64,000 nt of DNA from Camelus ferus. Taxonomy: Eukaryota. Under the pieces are notes generated by a model. That model was given only the letters and a program-made list of their open reading frames with translations. It searched no databases and had not been told where the DNA came from. Positions 35,671 to 48,630 of the stretch are shown piece after piece. How positions within the stretch are numbered: position 1 is the stretch's first letter; each line of letters starts with the position of its first letter. A program made the translations under genes and the position numbers. Location of the stretch: NCBI RefSeq assembly GCF_009834535.1, contig NC_045705.1:30876001-30940000 (forward strand), in the 5' to 3' direction.

Positions 35671-38600
35671 GCACAGGGACCTGCCAGGCGGCAGCCCCCG
35701 GTGCCCCACAGCCTTCCCCCCTCCCTCCTGCATCCCTGGCCGGGGCCCACATCTGATGCCTTCTCCCCAGGCCTGGGCACCCCACCTTCCCAGAGACCTC
35801 CTGGGCATCCAACAGCCCTTCTTGTTGTGTACCCTGGAGGCCAGGCACCTCTCACCTGTGGGCCTCAGTTTCCTCCGAATGGGCATGGAAATCCCCCAAG
35901 TCCTGTGCTCATCTGGGGAGGTGAGGGACCAGGCTGCCAAGCAGAGAGGGCTGAAGATGGGCAGTGCCCCTCCAGACAAGGCCCCACAGGGCATGAAGAG
36001 ATGAGTGAGACATCCTGAGAATTCCCAATGGGACAGTTGGGCTGGGCTGGGCAAATGTCTGTAAGAGGAGACGGGAGGGCCAAACCAAGAGGCAGGAGTG
36101 CAGAGCAGAGGTGGGAAGAGACCTCGACTGTGAGAACAGGCAGGGCCTTGACCTCAACTCTGTCCCTGCACTTTCTCAAACCAGACCCAGGGGCCCAGGG
36201 CCTGGGGTCCACGGTGAAGGCACCAGATGTACACAACCGCTCAAGGCACATGGCATGTCTTCCTGGACTATCCACTCAGGTAGAGATTGAGAGTGGAAAG
36301 TTAAAGGTGGGAGGGGAAGCCCACATATTAAAAAGGACACAAATCTGTATGCATTTTTAACATAAAAGTATTTTGGCTAGATTTGGCCCCATTATGACCC
36401 ATGCTCCCAGATTCTCAGCAGACCTTCCTCCAGCTCCCTCGCTGTTGGGGCGCATTGGTAGAGACACAGGGTGCCTCCCCTTAAATGCTCCTGATATGAT
36501 GAGCTACTCCCCTACTCCAGGAGTCTCTGCCATCACTGCAGGCAAACTCTCCTGGGCCCCAGCCCCACTCTCCTGGTGATGTCTCCTGGGTGGCTGCCAG
36601 CCTACAGCCAGAGGCTCTTAGGAGGCAGTGGTAGGGACCGGGATCCCTCTCAGCCTCTGAGATCACACTGCTTCACTCACAACCTTGTCAGGCAGATAAG
36701 ATAAGAAAGAGGCTGTAACTGTTGGAGTCCAGGCTGCAGAGCCAGACACATCAGAGAACGTGCATTGTGTGACCCCGGACAAGTGATCTCACCTCTGTGA
36801 ACCTAGGTTTCCCCATTTGGAAAATGCCTAACTCGAAAGTCTGCAATGAGGGACAAAGGAGGTCATGGAATGGAGCCTCGGGTGATCTCGTGGCCGGCAG
36901 ACTGCCACTCTCATCTCCTCCCAGAAGCCCCCACTTCCTCCCTCCTTTCCCTTTCACCTGCCTGAGAACCTCTGCTCCCTGCTCTTCTCTGCACCCCTGG
37001 GGCCCCTGACCTCACTCTGACCTGTCCTGATCTGGGAGAGTGCTGGAGCTGGGGTTCCCAGCTCTACCCCCAAGGCGCTCCATCTTTGAGACAGAGACCT
37101 CGGAGGCCTAAACTCTTGCCCTGGCAGGACTCCCCACTTATGCGCGCACACCTCCTGCCATCCCAGGACACCCCCTTCCATCCTCAGACGGCCACACTGT
37201 TTTAACGACTGGTGGCATTCACCAGGCACCCTACATACACATCTTGTGGTCCTCACAGCTGCAGGTATTCTTATCCCCATTTCACAGTTGAGAAAACTGA
37301 GACTCAGAAGATTGAGGTTAGCTGGCTAGAGAGGGGCAGCCTGAGCTAAGAACTCACTTCTTTTGTCCACCAACCCTGTAGAAATCCTATGCAAACCATG
37401 AGGCAAAGCAGCACCTCTTAGGAAGAAGACTGAGCCTTTTAGGGGTTGCTGCTGCCCAGGCTCATGGTCATGGCCTATTCCCAGCTCCCCTGCTCTGTCC
37501 CCATCATCAGAATCTCCTGCTTCAACCTGGCCCAGGATATCAGAGTTGGAAAAATTCCAGCTTCAGGTGCCCATGAGAGCAGAAAGATTATAAAATCCAG
37601 AAAGGTGAGCAGCCTCCTGAATCAAATGCTCCCCTTGGCTCCCAGCCCTGGGCATGAGCACCCAGCAATGGTACTTAACTCCCTGGGAAGACAGGCCCAA
37701 GGGGGCAGTGTTCCCTGGTGGTGAGAATTGGGGTATTGGTGCCAGACATTCCTGGGTTTATATATCAACTTTGCAACTGATAGGCCACCCCCTGGGTAGG
37801 TGACTTAACCCTAATATGGAAAGAGAAATGCCTCTCCTGACCTGGAGATTTCACAGAAGGGAAATTTATCTCTAAAAGCCAAGCGCTCAGCCCTTCATGC
37901 ATGGACTCATTTAAGCCTCATAACAGCTCTGACAAGTAGGTACTATTATTACTCCCATTTACAGATGAGGAAATCAAGGTGAAGGAATCTTCCCAAGGTC
38001 ACATGGCCTTGCAGGGATTTGAACCCCAACCCATGTGACTCTAAGTCAGATGCACTTCCACTGCCCTAGCCGGGATCCCTTCCTTTTCTCCTAGCAATTT
38101 TTCTCTACCACCACCAGCCCACAGGGTAAGAGGCCCTGAGTGGCAAGGTAAGCCATGACTGGCTGAGACTGCAAGGCTTGGCCCTGCCTAGCTGTGGTGC
38201 AGTCCTCAAATGCCTGACTGCTCTTGCTCTTGGGTCGGGCTGGCAGAGGGCTGCCTGGGCATGCAAGGGGTTGGCCCCAGCTGCAGTAGGGACTCCTCTT
38301 GGCCCCTGCTGTCCTGTCTTGGACCTACCATGCGACTATGTTGAGGCCTCACCCTCTCCTGTAGGGCGGGTGTAAGCCTTTCCAGGGTGCCTGCAGGGTA
38401 GGGCCACGAAACCAAGAAGCTTGTCCTTCTCACTTGCTTGGGCCCCTTCCAAGGACCTGGGAAAGCCTCAGCAAATTTGTATTTGTGGTTTTGTAATCTT
38501 TTTCTTAAAGAAGGCCTGCAGATTGGAGAAGCATCAGGCTCCACAAAACCTAGCTCTGTCCCCCAGCTTGGGGGCAGTGGGAAGGGTTCCACTCCCCCTC

Positions 38601-38899
38601 CCCACTTGCTTCCTGCTGCCTGGCTCTGAAACTTAAGGCAAGACGCCCACTTTCCCATCTATACAACGGGGAAGAAGCCTGGAGAGTCTGCGGGTACAGC
38701 TAGGGTAATGAGAAGAGCTCAGGGTATCCGTCCTTTACAAAGGGCCCAGATCCACACAGGGATTTTACCAGCCTGCACCTGTTCCATCCCCAACAGCCCA
38801 GCGGAGTAACTGGAGACCCCTACCCCCATTTTCCAGCTGAGATGACTGAGGTTTGGACCGAGCAGGCTGGAGCCCCATCCCCTACTGCTCCCTGGGATC

Positions 38900-39370
38900 T
38901 CCTTCCAGGATGCCAGGCCCCACGTCGGGGGCAGGAGGCCGCCGGCCGACTGTGGCTCTAGGGGTTGGGACCAGAGGGTGCGGGGGCGGGCTCGGCGGAG
39001 GCTGGGGAGGGGAGGCCTCGTCCCGCACTGTCTCACCGCAGGATCGACCTCGGCCCTTATCTGCTCGCGCAGCTTCCGCCCCCCCACCCCAGCCCCCGCC
39101 GCAGGCCTGGCCGCCCGCCTCCCACCCCCGCCCCCCGCCCCGGCCTCCGGAGGGGCCGGCCCGGAGCGCCCCTCCCCCACGGCCGCCCGCCCCCAGGGAG
39201 CGCCCGAGCTGCCGCGGGCTGCTGCCCAGCGGAGCAGAGAGGGGCCCGGCCCCCAGGTGAGAGCCGGAAGTGATAAATAACTCCTGGTTGGGGAGGGGGG
39301 CGCACCATCGCAGTGAGGCCCTCCCTGCCGCAGCGTGCCCGCCGCAGAGTGCCCACCCCAGCCCGATTGT
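38900..39370. promoter_or_regulatory. Orphan CpG island with GATA and ETS motifs
   Basis: Dense CpG and GC boxes; TTATCT at 39057-39062; CCGGAAGTGATAAA at 39264-39277. Confidence 0.7.
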
Positions 39371-39619
39371 GGCTCCCCAAACCAGGCCCCCTCACCAGAT
39401 CTGGGAGGCAGGTAGGGGGTCTCTTAAGGCCCCAGGGAGCAGGTGGAGCAGTGGGGTCGGTCTGCACGGGGTTCTGAGGAACACGGGAACCCCTCCTCCA
39501 CACACACGCACACATGCACACGCACGCACACCAGCGTCCCTGGCACAGGTGTGGGTGGGAAGAGAGAAGTGGAGACACCTTAGAGAAAGTGAAATGCAAG
39601 CCACAAACTGGAGCAGACT

Positions 39620-40730
39620 TGTGACGTCTGCCACATGCAACTGACAAAGGATAAAGCATCAAAAATATGGAAAGGACTTGTAAATCCATGGCGGAAAAAA
39701 ACAAGTAATCCAACAGAAAAATAAAAGACGTGAACAGGCCTTTTCACAGAAGCAGCAGCACATCCGTCCAATGAACATCTAAGGGATGCCCAGGCTTACT
39801 GGTGATGAGCACCATGCAAATGAAGACCACAATAAGATGCTGCTTTACACAGTCTGAAGGGCAAAAATTAACGAGCCTGACAGCACCAAGTGTTGGAGAA
39901 GAGGTGGAGCCGCGGAATCTCCAATGCATTGCTAGTCAAAGTGCAACTCCATACAACCACTGGGGAAAATAATCTGGTCTTATCTTATAAAGCTGAGGCC
40001 CAGCAGATCCCCTCTAGGCTTAAAATCAAGAGAAACTTGGGTATGTGCTCCGAGAGACAAGGAGAACATTCAAAGCTACACTCTTCTTAATAACAAAAAT
40101 CTAGAAAATAATCCAAATGCCTACTGACAAAAAGAATGGGTACATAAATTATAGAGGATTCTTTTCACACAGTGGCACATGGTCTAGCAGTGCAAGCAAA
40201 TGAACAGGCTTCACACAATATCATAAATGAAACTTAGAACCCATAGTATTAAGTGAAAAAGCCAGTCCCAGAAGACAAACACTTCCTATGAAGTTCAAAA
40301 CCAGGCCAAAGCATAACTCTACAGAAAACAATGTTGTTTCCTTCCTTCTAATACTTTTGTTATTAGGAGATGACATGATTACCCACCCAAAAGACTTAAG
40401 AGTAATACTGAGAAATGATTAGAACCAGTAAGAAAATGTAGTTGGCTTACCAGATTTCAAAGGAATGCATAAAAACAATTTGCCTTCCTATGCGCTACAT
40501 TTAAAATATAATGGGAAATACGTTCTTTTAAATATTACAAAAAGTAAAATACATAAAAGTAAACTTACGAAGAGTTATGCAGGACCTGTATGAAAATAAT
40601 TGTTTAAAAAATCACTAAATAATGTTTAAAAAAAAAACCTTAAAACAGCTTTTTCCCTTATTAAAAAAAAGCCAAGTTGAATAGAATATTGTCTATTCTG
40701 TTTTTTTTAAAGACTGAAAAGATTCAAATT
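39620..40730 (+). mobile_element. Old L1 (L1M-type) ORF2/3' fragments
   Basis: ...GACGTGAACAGGCCTTTTCACAGAAG...CCATGCAAATGAAGACCACAATAAGATG...CCAAGTGTTGGAGAAGAGGTGGAG...; A-rich. Confidence 0.75.
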
Positions 40731-42409
40731 TTATCAAGAAGGAAGCAGGGAGATGGGATGGGGAAAGGGTAACCAGTAAGCAAATCTATCAATAAACATA
40801 AATAAAAGAGGGCCCTGCGGAGGCTCAGATTACAGTACCTAGTGCACGGGGATTTCATCCCACTTTGCACTCCTGAGGCAGGAGAGGGGAAAGGGAGACA
40901 TTAAATTCATTTGAACACACTTCTCTTCAGGGTATAGGCAAGAGCTTGTCTTTCTTTCCAGAACACCCCACCAGGGCTGGGGTTGGGGGGAAGGCCTGTG
41001 GACTCAGGGGACAGGGCTCAGGGCCCCAAAGACACACAGCATTGAGGGCCTGGACAGGTCCAGAAGACTTCAGAGAGGAAGCGGCCTCGTAAACGGGCTG
41101 GAATTCAATCGGCAGAGATGGTGGAAAGGGAAAAACGGGCCAGGCCAGGGGTGGGGTGGGAGTTAACAAGGGGGACGGTAAAGGCAGAGAGGCCAGAGGG
41201 AAAGTCGTGAGGCTTGGCTGTACACGCTGCACACGGGCCGCCCCATGGGAGACTGGGCACAGGTGCAGGGGTTCTGTGGAGTTAGTGGGGCCATCCTCTG
41301 GCCGGGGCTGGAGACTCCGGGGAGTAGGCACCCTAGGAACTCACGAGGGAGCTAAGGCTGCTCTGGGAAGAACGACCTGAAAGGGGTTAGGGTTGGAAGT
41401 TCCAGAGGGGCAGGCTCTGGGTAAGCAGCCAGCTCTGCCTCTTTTCAGCCATGAACTCGGGCACCCTTGGCCTTAGATGCTTTTTTATAAGAGATTGCTA
41501 CCTGCCTGCAGATCCCCACGGAAAGCTCTGACAAGAAGAAGGCTTGCTGTCTCACAGAAGGCCACACTCTGGAAGCAGAAGGAATGTGCATCCACCTGCA
41601 GCCTAGAGCCTCTAGCTCTAGCCCTGGACTGCCCAAGGAGTGGGGAGGGTTGTCAGAGCACTGGCGACGCCAGGCCATGCTGGTCTCGCAACCATCACCT
41701 GGTCAATGGGCTCAGGAGCAGTCCCACCTTCCAGAAATAGAGGGCTGGGGCCTGGTTGCCGAGAAAGGCCCCCAGTAAGGATACCAGAGCCAAGAACAAC
41801 GTGTTAAAGTGAGGCCCTGGGCAGCTCAGTGAAATCAGAGAAATGGGTCTGCAGCCCCCCAACCCCAGATGCCTCCCAGCCACACAGAGCCAAGCAGTAT
41901 CCAGGCTCGTGCCCAGCACCACACCCAGGAAGTCCCTGAGGCCTCCAAATGGATTGACAGATGTGTTGGAAAACATTCATCTGTGCTCAGCAAGGAGAGG
42001 AGAGGAGTAGCCCTCACCCTGTGTCTTTATCTGTTCTTTTCATCACTGTAATTTTTCTTTATAGTCACGTATCCACACATGTAAATAATAATATCTAATC
42101 CTTAAGTAGAATTTCCCATATGCCAGGCATAGTTGTAAGTGTTTTGTGTATATTCATTTACTTCATATTCATAACTGTTCAATATAGTAATCCATTTTAC
42201 AGATGAGGAAACTGAGGCATAGGGAGTTAAGTAATCTGCCCCAGGAAGTCTGGTTCTAGAATCTAGTTGTCTTAAACATTGATTTATAAGGCCATCATAT
42301 ATATATATATAAAAGCTTTTATGTATCTATTTTTACATAATTGCATAAATGTGATCGTTATGTGTTTTAATGTGTTTTTAAAATTTGTCCTTTTATATAT
42401 TGTTAATTC

Positions 42410-42467
42410 TTATTTTTTATTGAAGTGTAGTCAATTTACAATGTTGAAACAGCAAAGTGATTCAGTT

Positions 42468-42498
<31 letters not shown>

Positions 42499-42590
42499 CA
42501 TATATATATATTCAGATTCTTTTCCATTACAGCTCATTACAAGAAATTGAATATAGTTCCCTGTCCTATACAGTATTTCCTTTTATATTT
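42410..42590 (-). mobile_element. Cetartiodactyl-type L1 3' end with (TA/CA)n tract
   Basis: TTTTTTATTGAAGTGTAGTC...CAGCAAAGTGATTCAGTTATACAT...ATTCAGATTCTTTTCCATTACAG...ATATAGTTCCCTGTCCTATACAGTA. An opposite-strand copy lies at about 62270-62430. Confidence 0.85.
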
Positions 42591-43907
42591 TTATATGTTT
42601 TCCTCCCCAACCCAGGGAATACATATTATCACTCTAATGTTTCTGTATTTTTTATTTATTCATAATTATACTTGGACTTGTACATACCAATACCTATAAC
42701 CACATGTACATATACAAGGCTCTTTTTTGTTGTTATTTTAAATTAGTAGATTATATTAAACAAATATTACTGCATCTCTCTTTTCTCACTCATCCATACC
42801 TGGAACCTCTGGTAGATATACTTCACAGTTTTTAACAGTCACATTTGCCCACCCACTTGGCCCTCCTGGCTCATGGTCATCTTCTAGAGTCCCATCCCCA
42901 CCCCCAATAGGCTTGTTTCTTTAATCCGTTAGGGAGTCTGATGCTGATGGTGAAAATTGCAGGCCAGATGAGAGGAAAGGGCATTGAGAAGGTAGCAAGT
43001 GGTGTTTCCAGCTGGGTCTTGCTTATCCCCTTGGTGGTGGCCAGCAGCCCTCAGCCCCAGAGGCGGGAATGCTGACTGTGTTATTGTGAAATCATGTGTA
43101 TATTATGAAGTGCTTTGCATATGATGGAGTGATTTGCATATATGGGGGGGGATCTTAAGAGTTCCCAAAGCAGCATCCCTGAGTGTCTTCCACCCTTTGC
43201 AAAGTAACCAACTTGGGGGTTCCACCTCAGAACCGAGGGAGGGGAACAGAAGGGTGTCCCCCGCAGACCTATGGGCCTGGGGGGTGAGGCAGACAAGGGG
43301 CTTTCAGAGGAAAGCTGATCCTCCTTTTTCAAGCTGGGAGTCGAAGAGGGGCAGACATTGGAGTGTGAGGTGGAACAGAGCAACTGGTGCGGTATGTGAG
43401 TGCTCTGTGTCCTCAGAGCCCCCAGTGAAGAAGAGCAACACAGGATGGATGAAGGAACTACCATAAGAGGCAGATGGGGTTCAGAGGCTTGGAGACCCCC
43501 ACCCTGTCACAATTTCTGCCGGAGTGAATACCCTAGTGCCCCTTCCTGAGTGTTTTATAATCCTGGCTGATTCCCAGAGAAGGATGCAAAGTGGAAATGC
43601 TGAACCAGAGTCCCATGACCTAGAAATGAGAGGTGCTAGCATATGCTTCGGGTTCAGGGACACCCAGGTTTATCAAGGTTCTGCCATTTGTGCTACTGTG
43701 TAACCCTGGGCTAAAGGTACCCACTTCAACGTGACAGACTGAGGATTGAGGGAGGTAATGCAAGTAGAGTGAACGGCACGTCATAGGTGTTCAGTAAATT
43801 GCAGATATAATAATGTTATTGTTTGCCACCCTAGTCTGAGGTGAGGGAAGTACAGAGAGCCCTTGCTCCCCTAGGTTTGGAGTAACCAGCAGCAGTGTCA
43901 AGCCACC

Positions 43908-44103
43908 NNNNNNNNNNNNNNNNNNNNNNNNNNNNNNNNNNNNNNNNNNNNNNNNNNNNNNNNNNNNNNNNNNNNNNNNNNNNNNNNNNNNNNNNNNNNN
44001 NNNNNNNNNNNNNNNNNNNNNNNNNNNNNNNNNNNNNNNNNNNNNNNNNNNNNNNNNNNNNNNNNNNNNNNNNNNNNNNNNNNNNNNNNNNNNNNNNNNN
44101 NNN
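43908..44103. other. Assembly gap (196 N)
   Basis: Run of N. Confidence 1.
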
Positions 44104-44720
44104 GCAGGAGCGCCGCAGCCAACCTCCCACCCCGACCCCGGCCCGGGGCGGTGCAGTCTGGCAGCCGAGCGCGCCCTCGTGCGGCCGCGGCCGGGACTGC
44201 GGCCCGAGAGAGGAAGCAGCGGCCAGACCCGCAAGCCCAGCCACCCGGCCGCTCGCGGTCCCTGTGGAGCCGCCGCCCCCGCCTTGCCCAGCCCGATTAA
44301 GCGCGGTGCCCACGGGGCTCCCACTTCCGCCCGACCCTCCCCGTCGCCCCAGTCCGGCCCGAGCGGAAGTGCGCCAGCCGCCCGGGTCCCCCATGGCCGG
44401 GAGGCGGAAGCGCGCCCGACTGCCGCTCCCCCGAACCCGCGGCGCGCGGCGCGCCGGGTTCCGGACAGGTCCCGTGTGACGTGGCTGCGCGCCGGGGGCG
44501 GCTCCGGGCCGGGGGCCGGGCGGCCGGGCCGGGAGGGGCAGACCCGGGGCGGGGCGCGGCGCCGCAGCTGGATGGCCGGGGCCGCCCGGAGCGCCGTCGC
44601 TGCCGCTCGGTGAGTGACCGCCCGACCCCCCAGGGCCTGAGCCCCGGGCGGGACGGACCCTGCCCATACCCTTGACCCCGGCCCGGCTTGTCCTGGTGAG
44701 ACCTGGGCCTCTCGCCCAGA
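44104..44720 (+). promoter_or_regulatory. SLC39A13: SLC39A13 CpG-island promoter and non-coding exon 1 (donor after 44609)
   Basis: Very CpG-rich; CGGAAGTG at 44364-44371, CRE-like TGACGT, GC boxes; strong donor CTCG|GTGAGT. Confidence 0.85.
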
Positions 44721-46083
44721 GCCGGGGAGTTCAACTTCCTTGGGCTCTTCTCCGCTTTCTCCCCACGCGTCGCTCTGCATCTCTCCCTCTCTCTCCTCCT
44801 CCGCATCTGTCTCGCACTCTGCCTCTCTCACTCTTGCTCCCGCTCTTGCTTTCTCCCTTTCCTCTCTCTCTCTCTGATACTCTCGGCACCCCATCCCCTA
44901 TCCCAAACTTCTGGTCCCCTCACCTCTACATGACCCGCCTCCGCGTCCAAGTCCGGCCTGGCGCAGTCCTGCCTTTGATCCCCAGTAGAGCCCAGCAAGT
45001 TCCATCATCAGGGTCCCTTTAAGACTTGGAGATCTTAGACCCGAGCATCTTTTCCAGCTGATTTCCCTCCCTCCTGCCTCCATCAGCAGAAGAGGAAACT
45101 GAGGCAGGGACATCACAGGCCCAAGATCACAGCCAGTATGAGGCAGGACAAACCACATTTAAACCTCGTGCCTGAATTTCCAGATTGAACTTCCCTCTTG
45201 GTTGACTCACATCCAGGTCCTGTGATCCACCGGCTGGGAACACTTATGCTGCCCAGCGCCCTGGGCTCCGGCAACGTGAGGAGGGCTCGCTTTGCCTCCT
45301 CCATGCCAGGCACATTCACCTGATTAGCAGGCTCATCTCATTTTCGTGACTGTTTGAGGGAGGCAGTACTTACCTCCATCCTACAGAGGAGGAGAGTGAG
45401 ACCAGAGAGGGGCTTCCAGGTCTTGCCCAGTCAAGCATCTGTAAGTGCAGAGCACAAAGTCAAAGTCAGGTCTCCTAAGCCTGTGATCTGTGCTGTGTGC
45501 ATCTGTGCCACAGCTCCTAAATGAAGGATCCTCTCTTCAGTCCCATCTGCTATCTGTCTCTGTGCCCAGAGATTTGGGGCTCATTTCCTAGGAAGAAGCC
45601 CTGGTGGTCCTGACCTAGCTCAGCTGCTTGGTTTCCCCACCTGCACCTCCTAATGTCGCCCCAGCAAGCTAGACAGGGCCAGCCTCTGTCCCTGGGGGTG
45701 TCCTTACTGGGGCTCATCCTGGCGGCATAGCCTCTCCTGGCAGCCAGACACCCAGCTGGGCCGGGCCTACCGGTGGCTGAGGGGAACCCAGCCAGCGCCT
45801 CGCCCTGTCATTAAAAAAGTTTAGCCTCAGGCGGACACACTGACACACAGTCTGGAGCTGGCTCCCAAGGAAAAAATGTGTGGGAGTGCAGTGTGGAGCA
45901 GAGCCCCCTGGCTCGTGCACCCATCATTCAGATCTTCAGAGGCCCTGGGGGAGGCAGGCTGGAAAGCAGGTGCCATGGCCATTGGGAGTGGGGGGAGGGT
46001 TAAGATGCCACGTTTCCTAAGCAGGTGTGCGGCCAAGGGTGGCTGCTCACGTAAGTGGCCTTTGTGTTTTTTCAGCACGTGGT

Positions 46084-46384
46084 ATGCCTGGATGTCCCTG
46101 CCCTGGCTGTGGCATGGCGGGACAAAGGCTCCTCTTCCTCACTGCTCTTGCCCTGGAGCTCCTAGAGGGGGCTGGGGGTTCCCAGCAGGCCCTCTGGAGC
46201 CGGGGTTCGGCAGCGGCCTGTCGCCTGGACAATAAGGAAAGTGAGTCCTGGGGGGCCCTGCTGAGTGGAGAGAGGCTGGACACCTGGATCTGCTCCCTCC
46301 TGGGCTCACTCATGGTGGGACTCAGTGGGGTCTTCCCATTGCTCATCATTCCCTTGGAGATGGGGACCACGCTGCGCTCAGAAG
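46084..46384 (+). CDS. SLC39A13: SLC39A13 exon 2 coding part (301 nt; signal peptide and TM1)
   Basis: Acceptor ttttcag|46076; MPGCPCPGCGMAGQRLLFLTALALELL...DTWICSLLGSLMVGLSGVFPLLIIPLEMGTTLRSE; donor gttggt. Confidence 0.97.
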
Positions 46385-46619
46385 GTTGGTGACCCTCCTC
46401 TGGCACCCATGGGCAGCCAGCAGCGTGGTAAACATGCTGCTGCTTTTCCCAGGAGAGCCAGGTCTCGAGTTCCGAGTCACAGTGTGTCTGAGGTAGAGGG
46501 TGGGGACCGAGCACCATTCCTCACCCTGGTCCAGTGAGGCAGTGTGTGTTTAGGGATCCAGCCGTGCTCGTTTGTTCATTCATTTGTGCATCTGTTTATG
46601 CCAAAAGAATAAGAGCAAT

Positions 46620-46860
46620 CAGTCACCAAGAGCAGTAGAGATAGTGGCTGGAAATATGGATGCCAGTCTGCCTGGGTTCAAATCTTGGCTCTGCCACTTA
46701 CCAGCTGGGTGGCATTGGGCAAATTCCTTAACTTCACTCTGCCCCAAGCTCCCAACCTTAAAAATGGGAATAATAACAATATCTACCCCCATAGGTGTTA
46801 TGGTGAAGATCCAGTGAACTCATATTGGTAAAGTGCTTAGAAGACTGCTCGGTGCAGGGA
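46620..46860 (+). mobile_element. MIR SINE, well preserved
   Basis: CCTGGGTTCAAATCTTGGCTCTGCCACTTAC...AAAATGGGAATAATAAC...AAAGTGCTTAGAAG. Confidence 0.85.
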
Positions 46861-48083
46861 AAATGCTCCGTGTTCGCGGGCCCATGCTGGGTACCGGGAT
46901 GCAGCGAGAGTGAAGTGCTGCCTCTCCCTTCAGTCTCTGCTCTTAGTGCGAGAGTGCTCAGACCCAGAGCCCCTGGGGCGGCCTTACCCAGAAACACATG
47001 CGGGGCTGCCGGCCTGCCTCTGGGGAGGGGGTCTGGGATGTGGGCGCAGGCGTGGCGGAGGCTTTTCCTTGGCTGACTGCCTGTACCATCTATCCAAAGG
47101 TGACATTCTGTAATGAAAAATAAACAAGATCAGATGGGGAGCTGCTAAAAATGCAGGTGCCTGTCGCCCCCACCTGAGAGTGTGACATAGTAGGTCTGGG
47201 CCAGAGCCCCAGGAATCTTTGAAATGAGGGTCCCAGGGCCTGTGCTGCCTGCCAGGCTCAGGAACTGTTCATTCAGCAGATGTTTATGAACGCATCTGTG
47301 CCAGGCAGTGGGCTGAGGGCTGGCGCCACCGCTGTGAACAGAGCCCTCCCGGGGCCCTGCTGTCACGCCTGTGCGTTAGCTCAGCCCCTCTCACAGCATC
47401 CCTGTGAGGTCAACCTAGGGAGGACTTGGATTATTAGCTCCATTTTACAAGTGGGGAAGCACAGGCACAGAGATGTTCTTCGAGGAACCCAAGGTCACAC
47501 AGCCTGGAAGCAGCAGCTTCCCCTGGGATCCCACCCCACCACCAAGCTGCCTCTTCCCTCTGGGCCTCAGTTTGTCTGTGGAACCAAGGGTTTCGACATG
47601 GCCCCCTTAGGGCACTTCCAACTCCACATGTTGCAAGTCTGCAAAAGTCCTCAAATCTCCACCACTTTTCTGAGAGTAACAGAGAAAAATTCCCATTTAA
47701 TAAGCATTTGCCATATGCATTGTCATTAAATTATCACAAGATCACTATCAGATAGATACAATTGTCCCCCACTTACAGATGAGGAAACAGTTCCGGAAGT
47801 AATCTGCCCAAGGTTACCAGCTGGTGGGTTGGGGAGCTGAGAACTGTTGGGCTCCCAAGCCCAGTCTCTTAACCCTGAAGCAGTGGAGGCTGCACAGTCA
47901 GCCTGCAATTTGTGGTGTATTCCTGCCCACTACCAGCCCTTGCTGGGCCTGGAGGCGGGGGCCCAGGAAGGCCATCCGCCCATGTCCAGCCTTCTGGAGA
48001 CTTGCAATATGGTTGGGACCACATGAAGAGCCCAGTAAGCTGGGTGTGGCTCAGCCCCCAGGTCCCACATCTCTGCCTTGTAG

Positions 48084-48197
48084 CTGGAGCCCGGCGCCTG
48101 AAGCAGCTGCTCAGCTTTGCCTTGGGGGGTCTCCTGGGCAATGTGTTTCTCCACCTGCTGCCCGAAGCGTGGGCCTACACGTACAGCGCCAGCCCTG
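48084..48197 (+). CDS. SLC39A13: SLC39A13 exon 3 (114 nt)
   Basis: GARRLKQLLSFALGGLLGNVFLHLLPEAWAYTYSASP; tag/gtaagt. Confidence 0.97.
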
Positions 48198-48505
48198 GTA
48201 AGTGAGGCCACAGGCTGCGGGTGGGAGGGTGGCAGGGGTGAGTGGGTGGGAACTGGTACCCATGCCCAGGGATGGCCTAGGCCCTGCCTGCTCTGCAGAT
48301 TGACTGTGAGAGGGGTTCAGGGCATCTGGCAGGGAACTTGCCCTGGTCCCACTGCCTGGTCCCTGTGGGAGTCCCTGGGGCCCAGCTGCCCCACGAGCCA
48401 GTCCTAGCGCCCTGCCCCATCACTGCCTTGGACTAGGTCCCATTACAAATGGTCCCCCTTCTGTGGCCCTGGCTGGGCCTGGCCTGTCAGTGCTGCCCCC
48501 TGCAG

Positions 48506-48630
48506 GTGGTGAGGGGCAGAGCCTGCAGCAGCAACAGCAACTGGGACTGTGGGTCATTGCCGGCTTCCTGACCTTCCTGGCATTGGAGAAGATGTTCTTG
48601 GACAGCAAGGAGAAGGAGGGGACTAGCCAG
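48506..48630 (+). CDS. SLC39A13: SLC39A13 exon 4 (125 nt)
   Basis: GEGQSLQQQQQLGLWVIAGFLTFLALEKMFLDSKEKEGTSQ; cag/gtgag. Confidence 0.97.

Noticed and set aside
38719-39713. Overlapping ORFs over the orphan CpG island
   Set aside because: Open frames on both strands are typical of CpG islands; no recognisable protein.
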